Part shown: one piece after another, positions 11,201-20,382 of the stretch | Layout: the number at the start of each line of letters is the position of its first letter | Numbering within the stretch: the first letter of the stretch is position 1 | Source of the DNA: Andalucia godoyi And28 | Taxonomy: Eukaryota > Protista > Jakobida | Direction: 5' to 3' | DNA length: 64,000 nucleotides | Assembly (NCBI GenBank): GCA_009859145.1 | Contig: VRVR01000040.1 | Coordinates: 184,871 to 248,870, forward strand | Notes under the pieces: generated by a model | What the model was told of the DNA's origin: nothing | What the model saw: the letters and a program-made list of their open reading frames with translations, nothing else | The model's database searches: none | Translations under genes and position numbers: made by a program

Positions 11201-14200
11201 AGTTGATGATCAACACCAGCGCATTGTTCCGGACAGTAAAATCGGCAGCATCCACACATTTCATTAGGGACGATCCCAAAATCTGCGAAGCCCCGTGGTG
11301 TTCACAGAGCGAGACGATCCAATCGGAATCTGCATACACGGCAAGCAAATCAAACAGCATTGAGTGGTCCGCGGGTTTCTTGATACGAGAAAGCAACTCG
11401 GACGTCACAAGAGAAACGTACATCACGCATCGATCTACCCATTCTGTATTTTCCGAGACGAGAGACACCAAGTCCACGGACAGGAATAGCTGTGTATGAA
11501 GCCAGAAGTACCGGGAGGACAACAGAGGCTGAGAATCCGTTGCAGTTGCCAGAAACTGGAATGACCTGGTCAAGTATTCATCCAAGTGCTGAAACAAGGC
11601 AGAAACCACCATTTGCCGATCCTCCGTGGTCCTGATTAACGGTGATTCGCCTGCGAACAAAAACACAAGGACACGTTTGATCAATTCAAAGGCGATCCAG
11701 GAAGCATTCACGAGATATGTGCGTCGCGAGCGTTCAAACCGATCGCTGGAAACATAGTTCGTGAGATTCTTCAACAACATGCCCAACGACTGCGCTGCCT
11801 CATGGGCAATGACTTTCGGTTCTGACAAGTTCTTCGAAAGGAAACTCGGAGATATTTCTTTCTGAATGATCCAGTCTACAAAATAGTTCCTTATCCGGTT
11901 TTCTTTCAGCTGCAGATGAGAATCCACCCGACGACACAGTTCAACAAGTGCATCCACCGCATCAATGGACTCCGTTTGCATAAGTGTTTCACCAACGATG
12001 CGTTGGAACGCACAGGGGAGAAATCGAAAACAGTCCACGCAGTCTCGTGGGAACCTGGAGACCGCTCGAAAATCGGGACCTGAGATCAAGTCATTCACTG
12101 ACGCGTCCCAAGGACGCAGGGAGGATACATACCGCGTCGTGAGAGTAAAGACAGGTTTTCCGTTATCGCAAGGTTTGTAGATCTTCTGTGAATCGGCAGA
12201 CATGTATTCCTTGAGATCGACAACTCCATGTGGCACACCAAATACCGGTAGCTCATGCTTTCTGATTGGAGACACACCATGCATCACACAGTCGAGAGGC
12301 AAGAACGAATATCCTACCAGAACAAACGTATCCCCAGCATCCTTCTCCTTCTCCTTTTCCTTGGCTGTTTTGCACGCAACATGGTAAAAGAGGAACAGGA
12401 AGTGGGCCTTGTCCACTTCCGTATCTAGAGGAAGCGGCACATGAAATTCATCGGAAAAATCAGGTTTCTTCTCGTGATACATCACACTCGAGAATCTCGA
12501 TGCGTGCATCGCTGATCCGACAGACGAGCATTTGTCCGAATTCATGAGCAAACAACGAACGGAAATGTTTCGCGCAGAACCGGAGGCCGAACGACCATTC
12601 AGATTGACATTTTCCGGTGACACGAAAACCTCATGTCGCGGAACCTTCACAAGAGGAAGAACAAAATCGGTTTTGAGCTTCGTACCATCCGGCCACGGGT
12701 AATCGCCAACAGAAAACACTGGTCCGCCAAACGCCCCCGACTCCACGTATTCTGCGGTTACCGTGAACGGCAGCTTTGCAGGAAACACCTTGATGTCCTT
12801 CTGCTTGCGTAGCTGTTGAATCCCCACAGGACAGGGGGCTGGTGCCTCTCGCGAGACCGCATTGGTGAAGACGAGAACCGAGGAATTCGCGACCTCGGCA
12901 ACATTTGTCGAGGACAGCGAGGCAGAGGACGAAGAGGTCGACAGCAGGGACCCAGATTGGTTCCCATCTGCAGGTGGAATAATCATCTGCAGCAAACCGT
13001 CATCTGCTAAAGGACCATCGGAGGGATATCTAAAAAAGTCCGAAACAAACCCTTGGACGGTCTCCTTCGTGGGCAAGTTATCCGTCGCAGTCATGGGTAC
13101 GCTATTTGGGCTGCTGCCCGTCGAAGCATCCTTGTCCGATGAATTGGGCTGGATACTCGAGTACGGAATCAGGTCTGCAAGGCGAAACACAGCGAAGCAC
13201 ATGGCCATGCGAAACGCACCAAGGCGTTCCGACGAGTCTTTCCATGCAGCCTTCAGTTTTGCGACGTCGACCTTTTCGATTTTCTCCAGTTTCGAATACG
13301 GCTCAAGCACCACACTCGCTTCATCACCTTGCAGCGACTTGTACACGCGCATCACGACAAGGATGTCATCATACCTCGTGGACTGCCTCACTGCAAACTG
13401 ATGCGCATCCCCGTTGTCCATGGGATAGTACGGAGACAGCCGGATGCGCTTAGAACCATCGAACAACGCGACTTCACCCATAAATTTTTCCACCTCTCCG
13501 TCCTTGACAAGATTCTGTGCTTTCAATGCTTCAATAAGCAACGGTTCAAAGCTTTTGATGTTCATCTGCAGGTGCACAAGAATGAAGTCATCCCGAGGCG
13601 CAGGAAGATTGGAATTGCCACGCCCACAAAGCGAATTCGCCGTCGAGCCCGCCCACGCAAATTTTTGTCCTCTCGAAGCGTGGTACAGATCCATGAGCGA
13701 GAGCTCCGAGTCTGCTGCCACCATTCCCGGAACTGTGCGTTCGAGATCCGAGATCGTCCGCGGCTCGATCAGCGAAGTGTCAGCATCTTGAGTTCGAGGT
13801 GCTTCTGCAGGGACAGGACCCGGGGAAGACTCTTCCTGAAATACACCTTGTAGCGATCTTGTGGAGTTGTTCGATGCCGGTGTTGCATCCCCAGTCGGAG
13901 AGCCAGCAGCACCAGCACCAGCACTCAGTGCGGGCATGCCACCGTATCGATGACTGTTTCTATAGAAAGTAGTCACTGTCTCGGAGCGGTCAACCTGGAA
14001 AGCCTCTCCAGCAATGGCCGGATTCAGCGAAGCTTCGCGTGCCGTATAGACAGAGTTGCTTGAAAAGTGCTTCACGTCCCTCCCCATCCACTCCAGCTGC
14101 CCTCGGATCGTCGGTGAAAGATTTCTATGTCTCGACAGCAGATGCCGCGCATACGTCGACCCTTGTTCTTCCGATGGAAAACGAACTTCTTGGACATCCG

Positions 14201-14267
14201 ATGACGGAGCCGCAACCGGCTGCACATGCAAGTTGTACAGCTTAGACACCGAAGGAATCGCCGACAT
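8232..14267 (-). CDS. DOCK-family (DOCK-C/D-like) Rho GEF with C2/DHR1 and DHR2 domains
   Basis: DHR1: VMYHEKKPDFSDEFHVPLP, HFLFLFYHVACK. DHR2: YLGTYYRV, FESPFTK, EQWKRKTILTT, LQGSVRLTVHGG. Likely start ATG 14267 (MSAIPS); intronless. Confidence 0.93.
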   Translation of the reverse strand: MSAIPSVSKLYNLHVQPVAAPSSDVQEVRFPSEEQGSTYARHLLSRHRNLSPTIRGQLEWMGRDVKHFSSNSVYTAREASLNPAIAGEAFQVDRSETVTTFYRNSHRYGGMPALSAGAGAAGSPTGDATPASNNSTRSLQGVFQEESSPGPVPAEAPRTQDADTSLIEPRTISDLERTVPGMVAADSELSLMDLYHASRGQKFAWAGSTANSLCGRGNSNLPAPRDDFILVHLQMNIKSFEPLLIEALKAQNLVKDGEVEKFMGEVALFDGSKRIRLSPYYPMDNGDAHQFAVRQSTRYDDILVVMRVYKSLQGDEASVVLEPYSKLEKIEKVDVAKLKAAWKDSSERLGAFRMAMCFAVFRLADLIPYSSIQPNSSDKDASTGSSPNSVPMTATDNLPTKETVQGFVSDFFRYPSDGPLADDGLLQMIIPPADGNQSGSLLSTSSSSASLSSTNVAEVANSSVLVFTNAVSREAPAPCPVGIQQLRKQKDIKVFPAKLPFTVTAEYVESGAFGGPVFSVGDYPWPDGTKLKTDFVLPLVKVPRHEVFVSPENVNLNGRSASGSARNISVRCLLMNSDKCSSVGSAMHASRFSSVMYHEKKPDFSDEFHVPLPLDTEVDKAHFLFLFYHVACKTAKEKEKEKDAGDTFVLVGYSFLPLDCVMHGVSPIRKHELPVFGVPHGVVDLKEYMSADSQKIYKPCDNGKPVFTLTTRYVSSLRPWDASVNDLISGPDFRAVSRFPRDCVDCFRFLPCAFQRIVGETLMQTESIDAVDALVELCRRVDSHLQLKENRIRNYFVDWIIQKEISPSFLSKNLSEPKVIAHEAAQSLGMLLKNLTNYVSSDRFERSRRTYLVNASWIAFELIKRVLVFLFAGESPLIRTTEDRQMVVSALFQHLDEYLTRSFQFLATATDSQPLLSSRYFWLHTQLFLSVDLVSLVSENTEWVDRCVMYVSLVTSELLSRIKKPADHSMLFDLLAVYADSDWIVSLCEHHGASQILGSSLMKCVDAADFTVRNNALVLIINFLTKIRFDQRLASIASRNHVARLFVESILVPLMSQHASWKSAASSAYLAAKEKVKTSATDSPAGSSPVLVENADSPSQSTLSKEEEEARREEWQYLQEQRRFYLVVLHMFSELSVSARREVISSRLPLMTTIMHESISSVNYAGRAATEELIKTERKSGKTKESLESRYKDPLRAVSTRQDLASFKAKRAAGGTLGRKNGVSTAGSISAASGASTSRTFSISTAGGARGTGTWSAATGKESIRLGVSPVFSLDVGDSGDGALENLDGLISAMQVMSSYVCYVVVYLYLSDVLASPAVITTPSPSSPLSRFPPTPVSLSAEGLGGHARDSHFPVLCGILCHLLDSNLSDDANVHVMLACMSVLPPLPKVSRQLLHRMNHPSKPTQTHAAALLYVLLRAQRKDFSSLARHVSVQLSSLMFHCPEPIRYVSALCKADTRVTRDFRDAVFDIMDRLADVMKDSLQIHVLEQSAKDSGREQNMEELADCYASIAKSYGHAPELRATWLQHLSDLNLRHLCFAEAAMSLIHICHLVYPYVYPPRHSVRSVCDTNAERLFHVVAPDLMHIPVIQDCHFDMFTAEYFQQTALRAIDLLTKGDLFEHAIRMYEILLPIALSARDYSQLGDWYEQMAELANTIAEVQSKRYLGTYYRVIIANKEYVYKMPKITRLAEIKQYLESVLPPEFKEELKITVLSPYIPPPLPKQLDQDSENTPKTSGGGGGSGGGGGGLALSIPLPSPRSFGGQNGMRSRSGSAMNLLAHVEDRVTYFERNVNLKQFAFESPFTKNSGKSQAENVSEQWKRKTILTTEAFFPGIRTRLAVIRKNEVELNPLQNAIELIENRNEILTRVVRATKPDINALQLALQGSVRLTVHGGIPEIVKMFLRPLKSDAADVGNGPWNEYPAAEYDRLRTNLLTFFELCQEGVILDGNIVSEMQLPFHRELENGLEEVRVFLSLYLTHSALETSLRPQETYAVASPAVSTTSGDSFVLVSKN

Positions 14268-15088
14268 TCTCACTCTTCCCACTGCGCGACTTTCAAAAAA
14301 CAATCCCAAATCAAAGCCCCCTCCCCCCAAAAAAAAAGAGGAAAAGAACAATGCAAATAGCAATAAAACGATATAAATATGATAAACGTAAAAATAAAAC
14401 AAAACAAATTAATCAATTAAACAATATAAAAACACACAGCAAAAAGAAAGCACAACGCAATGCCTTCTTTTCTTCTTCCTGTTTTCCCGGCTTCCTTTGG
14501 TCTTGTCGGGACTGTAGGAGTCCTCCACGCAAAGAGAAGCGAAGTATAAGGAAAACTTTAAAAAGATATTAAGTTAAGGAACAAAGGATACTCCTAACAA
14601 AGAGAAGGAAAAGAAGAGAAAAACAAAAAGAAAACAAAAAAGACTAGATTAATATTATATAAAAAAAAGTGATGTGCGGCACTGCCGAGACACGAGGGTA
14701 TCGAGAGTGAGTTCCAAAGTCATGAGTTTTGAGAGGAAGAAGGGGGGGGGATCGAATGGGGAAAATAATATGAAAGAGGCAGGGATCACAAAACAAAACC
14801 ACAAAAACGAAACACCCCAACAGGAAATTAATAATAGTGCTTCTATAATCAGGAAATGAGAAGAAAACATTGTATCACGTGATGCTGCATCGTTTTTTTT
14901 AACTCGTTCTCCATCCGCAAAACTGTCCGCAGAGTTCCGCCGCTCCGCGTTTGTCTGCTACCGTTCGCTACAGTGCACAAAACGGTCAACCGCGGTTTTT
15001 CGGGGTTCGCGCGTGGCTGCAACGAACGAGATACAGGACAGATTCTGAGAGTAATCAAGTGTTGACGTAGGAAAGTGGGGTTGGATCC

Positions 15089-16129
15089 ATGAGTGCGGCG
15101 GCGGGATATATAGGGACTGTGATTGCGGTTGGGTTTTTTGGGTCCAACTACATTGTGACGCGCAGTCTTAATTTGGGAAACGGGATAACGTTCCAGTGGT
15201 TGATGAGTATTGGCATTCTGAGTGTTGGGTACCTGAGTCTTCCGATCTCGGAGCCTTTTCGGTTTATCTCTTCGGGTATTCTTGGAGGGTCGTTGTGGGC
15301 ACTCGGGAACTTCCTGGTCACTCCAATCGTAAAGACAGTTGGACTGGGTCTGGGCTTCCTCATCTGGTCCGGAACCAACATGGTGGTCGGCTATGCGATG
15401 GGCAAGTTGCAGCTTTTTGGTATCAGCGATGATGTTCAGAATCAAGCTTTGAATGTCGTAGGCTTCTTGTTTACGTTTGCTGCCTTGATTTGCTACACGT
15501 TTATCAATCCCGATGCTGGGAAGCACGACGATGATCCGCGTTACAGCTCGATTAATGATGGTCACCATGAAGCAACCCCAATTTCCCAGGCAGGCTCAAT
15601 GGCACCCATGTCGGAGACGCAGAAGCCGACGAACACGCTGGAAAAGGCGTCGTTCAAGAAGCGAGCTGCGGGGTGTGCAATGGCTGCGTTTGCGGGCACG
15701 TGCTACGCCGCTTCGTTTGTGCCGTTCACTCTGTGGCACGCCGACAACAAGGATTCCGCGCCTGCTGCGTTTGCGTTCAGCCACTATTCCGGAATCTTTT
15801 TGTTCTCGTCGTTTGTGTACCTGGCGTACTGCATCTATACCAATTGGTACAAGAAGGAGGAGATATTTGTCAATGGGAAAATGGCGTTCCCGAGCTGGGT
15901 GTCCGGGTTCATGTGGGGCTTGGCGAACACGGGATTCTTTTACAGCCAGGCAAATCTTGGATACTCGGTCGGGTACCCAGTTGTCAGCATAGGACCGACG
16001 CTGGTGTCCAGTGCATGGGCCATCTATTTTGGTGAGATGAAGGGGCGGAAGAACCGGCTGTTGCTTGCTGCCAGTTTCTGCTGTGTCATTGCCGGGGTTA
16101 TTATGTTGCTGTTCAGCAAGCTTGGATGA
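15089..16129 (+). CDS. TMEM144-like DMT-superfamily transporter
   Basis: GFFGSNYIV, GNGITFQW, GGSLWALGN, VGLGLGFLIW, SGFMWGLAN; about 10 TM. Confidence 0.85.
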   Translation: MSAAAGYIGTVIAVGFFGSNYIVTRSLNLGNGITFQWLMSIGILSVGYLSLPISEPFRFISSGILGGSLWALGNFLVTPIVKTVGLGLGFLIWSGTNMVVGYAMGKLQLFGISDDVQNQALNVVGFLFTFAALICYTFINPDAGKHDDDPRYSSINDGHHEATPISQAGSMAPMSETQKPTNTLEKASFKKRAAGCAMAAFAGTCYAASFVPFTLWHADNKDSAPAAFAFSHYSGIFLFSSFVYLAYCIYTNWYKKEEIFVNGKMAFPSWVSGFMWGLANTGFFYSQANLGYSVGYPVVSIGPTLVSSAWAIYFGEMKGRKNRLLLAASFCCVIAGVIMLLFSKLG

Positions 16130-16381
16130 GCATCACAGCGACAAAACAAGCAAGCATGCAAACAAGCAAGCATGCAAAAATAAAAAATACATAAATGAAA
16201 AATAGAACCTAAATCTTTCATATTATTATGACTAAAGGATTGGGAGGAAATTCGAGGAGAGGAACAAAAAGAAGAAAGAAAAGAAAAAAACAGCAACAAA
16301 AACGAAAGAAAGACGAGAAAAAGAATGAAAAATATACAAAGACGCAATACTGCCAGAAAAACAAAACAACAACCGGGTGTG

Positions 16382-18328
16382 TCACCGCTTTCCTTCCACG
16401 GATAAATTCTTTGCACAACAGACGCGCATGGAGCGGCAGTAATCTGCAAGACGCGCGACTTCGATCTGAACCGCACGGCAGCTGCTCCCGAACTCTGCAT
16501 CCAGCGCAAACTCTGCAAACACGCCGCATTCGAGATGACGCAGGTACGTCGCAAGGACAACCGTCGTCAAGACCATTGCCCAGTGCTCACACAATTCCGC
16601 ATCCGCTACACTGCGATCGCCTGCCAGATCCTCGCGAACCTGGTTGAACGACGGAGAGGAATTGATCCGGTCCAGCACAAGCGGCAACATGTGCTGGAAT
16701 AATCGAGTCTGCTTGATTTCTCGAGAGAACTGTGCGCACCGTGACGCATTCTTTTCCACTCGAATAAGACCCAACACATCCGACGGTGCATAATCCACGA
16801 CCACGGCAGCCAGCATCGCCAGCGGGCTACTCTGTGACGCGACGCTTTGCGCCGCCGGTTCGTGGGACTGCGATTGAATTTGCTGGGATAGCTGCTGAGC
16901 TAGCTGAACTTGTTGAACTTGGGCATTCGCGCGTGCTCGCTGTACGGTTCTTATTTGCGCAGGCAGACCGCGATCCACAAAATCGACGACCTTTGCAACG
17001 CGCGAGTTGGCATTTTCGCAATAAATGTGCAGCGTCATATCTCTACTCTTGCATCCGTTTCCAAGTGCTAGTTTTTGCAGATCCATGTCCAAGGACGTAG
17101 CAGATCCAGAAGACGCGGTTCTCGACATGAGGAGTCCAAGTCCAGGTCCAGGTCCAGGTCCGGGTCCGGGTCCGGATGCGGGTGCCAGCCCGAGCAGTTG
17201 CTGGTTGTGTAGCAGTTGGTGTTCATGCTGGAGCTGTGCGGCCTCGAGATTTGGAGTGCTTGCGGACTGTCGAAACTCTGCAGCGCGTGCATGATCCATA
17301 ACCACCCCTTCGTACCCACCAAGAGAATCGACGGATTTTGAGCATAACGCATAGCCGCGAGGCATTTTCGACTTTGCATCGATAGGCTGCAGCGATTCGT
17401 AGAGCAAGTCAAGCGGAACCCAGTAAAACGGATATTTGAAGCTTGCGGATTCGAGCAAGAGCACGAGTTTCTTTTCCTTGTGGTATCCTGCGATTGGTGA
17501 AAAGTGTCCGTCGCCCGTCTGTCCCAGGCTTTTTCTGGAGACCGACACCACCATCATGACGTCTGGATTCGAAGTTGTAGTCATGATGTCTCTTTCGAAC
17601 TGTTCAATGGAGACCTCGTTTCCGATTCTCGTGGATATGTCGAGGCCAGTGCAGTGGCCAAGACATGCAAACTGCTGGAGCGTGACGCCCTCCTTGCGCA
17701 CGACATCGAGTGGCGAGCAGCAGTCGAGCATTTCTTCTGTGTACCACCTCCACGGATGCTTCCAGATGCGCATGGGGTCAATTGCAAACGCATTGAGCAC
17801 CATCACCAGCGACGACAGCCCGCAAAACGCGGGGTCCGACTGTGTGCGGAAGTTCTCTGCCAGCACAAAGTAGTTATTCATAAACTCCGACTGCAGCGCC
17901 TCTTTGAAAACAGCGCGGCCTGCCACCGATGCAAACGGCACGAGATTTGCCGGAAGTTGTCTCTTGTACAGGGACTGCGTCGGCGGAAGCGGCGGCGACA
18001 CGCCTGGCGGCGGAAACGCAGACTGCGATAGCACTCCGTTCGACAGCTCGTCAACAGCAGGCAGCGGCGCAGTCGTCGAACACGACGAGCATATCGAGTC
18101 CATTGACGAAAACCGAGTGTGCTTGCTCTGCGTAATCAAACAAGTCTTGGAACACGGATTGCTCTGCTTCCACTGCAACCCATCTCCATCTTCTCCATCT
18201 GCGGCTGTACTGCCCATCCACTCTCCTTCGTCCTCATGGTCACGCCCATGATCATGGTCAGAAACAACTCGATACGCACTTAACGACATCACACCTCCAT
18301 TACTACTATTGCTATTGTTAGTACTCAT
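16382..18328 (-). CDS. PCS: Phytochelatin synthase (gamma-glutamylcysteine dipeptidyl transpeptidase)-like, variant active site
   Basis: FRTQSDPAFCGLSSLVMVLNA (Cys), WKHPWRWYTEEMLDCC, QTGDGHFSPIAGY (His), LLESASFKYP (Glu at the Asp position). Confidence 0.92.
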   Translation of the reverse strand: MSTNNSNSSNGGVMSLSAYRVVSDHDHGRDHEDEGEWMGSTAADGEDGDGLQWKQSNPCSKTCLITQSKHTRFSSMDSICSSCSTTAPLPAVDELSNGVLSQSAFPPPGVSPPLPPTQSLYKRQLPANLVPFASVAGRAVFKEALQSEFMNNYFVLAENFRTQSDPAFCGLSSLVMVLNAFAIDPMRIWKHPWRWYTEEMLDCCSPLDVVRKEGVTLQQFACLGHCTGLDISTRIGNEVSIEQFERDIMTTTSNPDVMMVVSVSRKSLGQTGDGHFSPIAGYHKEKKLVLLLESASFKYPFYWVPLDLLYESLQPIDAKSKMPRGYALCSKSVDSLGGYEGVVMDHARAAEFRQSASTPNLEAAQLQHEHQLLHNQQLLGLAPASGPGPGPGPGPGLGLLMSRTASSGSATSLDMDLQKLALGNGCKSRDMTLHIYCENANSRVAKVVDFVDRGLPAQIRTVQRARANAQVQQVQLAQQLSQQIQSQSHEPAAQSVASQSSPLAMLAAVVVDYAPSDVLGLIRVEKNASRCAQFSREIKQTRLFQHMLPLVLDRINSSPSFNQVREDLAGDRSVADAELCEHWAMVLTTVVLATYLRHLECGVFAEFALDAEFGSSCRAVQIEVARLADYCRSMRVCCAKNLSVEGKR

Positions 18329-18520
18329 AAATGTCTGGTTTTGCGTCCCATCGGGAAGAGAGGAGAAACAGCAAAGACGAAACTTCCAAAAGGTAAAACG
18401 CCCCCAAAGACAATCTTAAGTAATAAAAAAAATCAAAAAAGTTTCGTAAAAATCCAGGAAAGAAAAAAGACTCAAAGGAATTATATCACTTTGGAAATCC
18501 AGTATAGAAACTATGAAAAA

Positions 18521-18585
18521 CGAACCGAACCGAACCGAACCGAACCGAACCGAAACGAAACGAAACGAAACGAAACGAAACGAAA
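18521..18585. repeat. (CGAAC)6(CGAAA)7 pentanucleotide repeat
   Basis: Read directly from sequence. Confidence 0.9.
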
Positions 18586-19202
18586 AACACGAGACACAAA
18601 AAAGAAAAGACACAGAGAACAAAGAAGAAGAAGAAGAAGAAGAAGAAGAAGAAGAAAGAAGTGTGAGGCAAGTGAAACTATGGACGGTGAAGGAGTCGGT
18701 ATTAAACTGTCGGGGATTTCCTTTAAGGGAGGGCTGTTCAGTCTTATTTTAACTCCACCATTATCACCATTGTTATTTTAATTTTTCTTTTTTGATCCTG
18801 TCACACGTCAGTTGGGTGACTGCTTGTGGAACGCTTCTGGAATCTGTTGACGAAGCGCAGACTTTACAACCGCGGAGGACTCCTCTTGGTTTTTTTGTAT
18901 TTTCTTTCAGTTTGTGTATTCATATTTATTCTTAGTGTTCTTATGATGATATCTGCTATTAGTGCTATTATTGTTTTCTGAATGGGTTTCCCCCCCTCCC
19001 GTTCTTCGATTGTCATTTGGGTTATTCTGTTCTTGCCGCGTCTCGGCTTGTCTCGGCTTGTCATTGGATAGTGCATAGTCCAGATTCCAGAGAAAAAGAA
19101 AAACAAAAAGAATTATTAAAGAAGAAGGAGAGCATTAAAGGGAAGGGGATAGAGCATGTTCGAGAAGAGCAAAAAGAACAAGAAGAAGAACAGGAGAAGG
19201 AA

Positions 19203-19454
19203 ATGAGCGAGTCGATTGTGCAGAGTCTGAAGCGGCTGTTTTCGATGAATCGCGCATTAAGGTCTGTGGAGCGCGTGAACTCTGAGCTGGATTCCAAAAT
19301 TGCCATGCAAAAGAGTCGCAGACAGGCACTTGATGCGCAGGCGCAGAGCGTGAAGGAAGCAGCAGTTGCAAAGACCGCCGATACAATCGAGAACGTCGCG
19401 GCCGAAGAGAAGCGCATCCATGACAAACTGCAAAAGACAGACTTCTTTCCATAG
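19203..19454 (+). CDS. Small coiled-coil hypothetical protein (83 aa)
   Basis: GC-rich ORF from ATG 19203 flanked by AT-rich spacers; heptad-like composition. Confidence 0.55.
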   Translation: MSESIVQSLKRLFSMNRALRSVERVNSELDSKIAMQKSRRQALDAQAQSVKEAAVAKTADTIENVAAEEKRIHDKLQKTDFFP

Positions 19455-19621
19455 ACCTCCCGCGGGGGGTTCATTCTTACTGATCTTTCCGATTGTTGCT
19501 GTAATAAATGAAAGTGAACAGTCTGTGTTTTTATACTCTGTGATGATGATGATGATTACATTCTGCGAGACGTCATAACGAAAACATTGGTGTCGTCCCG
19601 GTGGTCATTGCGGTATTGCTG

Positions 19622-20029
19622 CTAGTCATCGTCCGAGTCGATCGAGTCGGGCAAGTTGCGTACGTCTTCCGCATCCCTGCGTCGCACTTCTCTCTCATCG
19701 ACATCATCATCCTCGTCACCAGCACCACCAGCAGTCGGCATATGTGGTTTGGCGACTTTCGAGGAGGATGACGGCTGCTGTTTCACGGACTCCTTCTTGA
19801 TCTGCTGCGAGCCATTCGGCTTTGGACGCACAGAAGACGTCGCTCCCGCCGTTGATCGCGCTGACGACTGTGGCTGTGGCTGTGGCTGTGGGTGCTTGGT
19901 GTGGTTCGAGGAAGCGGGGCCGTTGTGAGCGAGTCGACGTTCGAAATCGTCAATGTCGGCAGACGTCGACACCGAGTCTACTGGAGAGTCGATCTGGTAG
20001 GTGTCCGATAAGCTTCTTTCCACACTCAT
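19622..20029 (-). CDS. Low-complexity hypothetical protein with acidic tail
   Basis: GC-rich ORF between spacers; no family recognised. Confidence 0.55.
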   Translation of the reverse strand: MSVERSLSDTYQIDSPVDSVSTSADIDDFERRLAHNGPASSNHTKHPQPQPQPQSSARSTAGATSSVRPKPNGSQQIKKESVKQQPSSSSKVAKPHMPTAGGAGDEDDDVDEREVRRRDAEDVRNLPDSIDSDDD

Positions 20030-20382
20030 GTTCACTTCTGATGATAATCCACAGAGGCGTAAGAACGGAGAAGCAGAAGAAAAATTATGAATAAAAACAA
20101 ATAAATTATTACAGTAATAAAAGAAAGGAATGAGACGTGAAACGAAAGAGAGAGAGAGAGAGAAAGACGATTCAAGAAATCTGGAAGTTGTTGGGGAAAA
20201 AGACTCGAAAAGTGATAACGAATCGAGAACAGTCGAGCCGACAGATGGCAGAACACTGTATATCTATGTGGTTGTTTTTTTACAGTTGGGGATTTTTAAA
20301 ATAAAAAAAAGTACTGGTGCTTAGATATAATACATCTTTTACTGTTTGTTTCTTGTTCTTTCCTCATGTTGTCATTCATTTT

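Noticed and set aside
14268-14402. N-terminal extensions predicted by the ORF track (also for ClpP, SCAR, PPR, the LRR protein, the giant protein and the 4-TM gene)
   Set aside because: They translate AT-rich or poly-pyrimidine spacer; downstream ATGs give sensible N-termini.
19040-19062. TGTCTC (plant AuxRE) within a 10-bp repeat near the Aux/IAA-like PB1 gene
   Set aside because: AuxRE is read by B3 domains, which are absent here; a short slippage repeat, likely coincidence.
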